A DNA stretch of 64,000 bases from Sphaerodactylus townsendi. Lineage: Eukaryota. Both the position numbers and the translations under genes were made by a program. The notes under the pieces are model-generated. The model was not told the DNA's origin, did not search any database, and saw nothing but the letters and a program-made list of their open reading frames with translations. Positions 62,731-64,000 of the stretch are shown piece by piece. The stretch covers positions 23,188,001 through 23,252,000 of the forward strand of contig NC_059434.1 in NCBI RefSeq assembly GCF_021028975.2. Reading direction: 5' to 3'. The first letter of the stretch is position 1; every line of letters starts with the position of its first letter.

Positions 62731-64000
62731 GTGTACTCAGATCATGTGGTTTTAAGTAAAGTTTTGGAAAAATCAGTTGTATTGATTTCAAGTACAGTAA
62801 TATAAATGTTTGCATGATCCCATCATGAATCACTTTTCAAATAAGCAAATGAGTTCCAAGAAGGAACTTTTGAAAATGATTTCACATGAAGCCTACAAAA
62901 TATCTGACAAAGCAAAGGGCTTTTCAGAACCTCCAGAATCAAATAATTGGTTTTGTTTACATCAAATGCAGTCATTCATGAACCAAGATAAGCTAGAAAC
63001 CAGTTTTTTAAAATGATAGGTATAGAAAACTTTGGAGAGGAACAACTGGACATCTGAGATATGGAAAGTTAAAATTTCCATCTACACTTTTACTGGAAAC
63101 ACATCTCAGAAATGTTCTCTTGACACCATTAATGAATCAGCACGTTGTTCCCAGAGAGAACTAAGATAGCAGGAATGAAACGTGTTCTGTATAACACAGT
63201 GATTACTTTGGTGTTTTTCTCCACAGGGGATATGTGATTAATTCTGCAGGAGATCTGCTCTACAAGAGCTATTAAATGTTTTACATTTCAATCACCTATG
63301 TAAGAAATTTACCAGGAAAGCAGCTGTGTCGCATTTATGAGGTTGAATTAGCAGACAATGGTTGTCAGAGACAACATTTTTATGGAGCAATAATTGAAAC
63401 TATTGAATGCCATGCAGTGTCTGAAACTTGTTTGGTGTTCAGAAAATCATCATTGACTTCTAGGGGAAGACCAACTTAACTTGTTCTCCACCCTTACCTA
63501 CATTTGATTCTCCAGTAAGCCTGAATTTTGTAAGGTAAAGATTCGGCCATAAAAAGAGAACTGTGAACATGCTCTTACCACCATCTGCCCAGCTGACAAA
63601 ATTGAATCAAATGTATGACCAGCAGAATCAATAATATTTTGGGACATCCCCCTGGTGACCATGGCAGCCATGAAGTCGCAAACTGCATGTGACCAGGGAA
63701 TTTTAGAATGGATGCATGAAAAAAGCCACCTTTTATAGCATGTCAGACCATTTGTACCTGATTTTACTTGCAGTCACATGGAACATCTGGCCCAGTTCAG
63801 CTCTGGAACATGGGATGGGACAATGGGTTTCAGCTTTCCTTTCCTCGCTCTTTTCCCAAACCAAAATGGCCATGGGGGGACCTGTTTGCTCTGTTGTGGT
63901 GTTCCCCATTTACTGACAGCAACATGTGACACATCATAGTTGAGCAAACAGCCTTTCCTTCATCTGGCCATTTCAGCTCAGGAAAATGGTGCAGGATGAA

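Overview
Vertebrate genomic DNA, most likely a squamate reptile (gecko-like repeat content: tRNA/CORE-type SINEs with TTC tails, 5S-headed and Sauria-type SINEs, Penelope, hAT and PIF/Harbinger MITEs). Two complete, intact protein-coding genes lie head-to-head. SGCB (beta-sarcoglycan) is on the minus strand, 6 exons, CDS 15126->6404, 321 aa. SPATA18/MIEAP is on the plus strand, 13 exons, CDS 18335->39084, 500 aa. I assembled both exon by exon, with GT-AG boundaries and consistent phases. Beyond ~39.2 kb I see no host gene, only transposon remnants, two assembly gaps and a possible enhancer. I found no convincing new multi-gene system. The best leads are: (i) a 147-bp piece of unique flanking DNA copied in inverted orientation into a young Harbinger-type MITE; (ii) two latent SPATA18 splice options (an in-frame, stop-free 96-nt intron, and an acceptor formed by the stop codon itself) that would each add a hydrophobic, membrane-anchor-like segment; (iii) Penelope palindromes carrying paired hammerhead-ribozyme cores; (iv) a radiation of diverse MITEs sharing one terminal repeat; (v) an RFX/CRE regulatory cluster. 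Repeat family names are by-eye recognition, not database hits.
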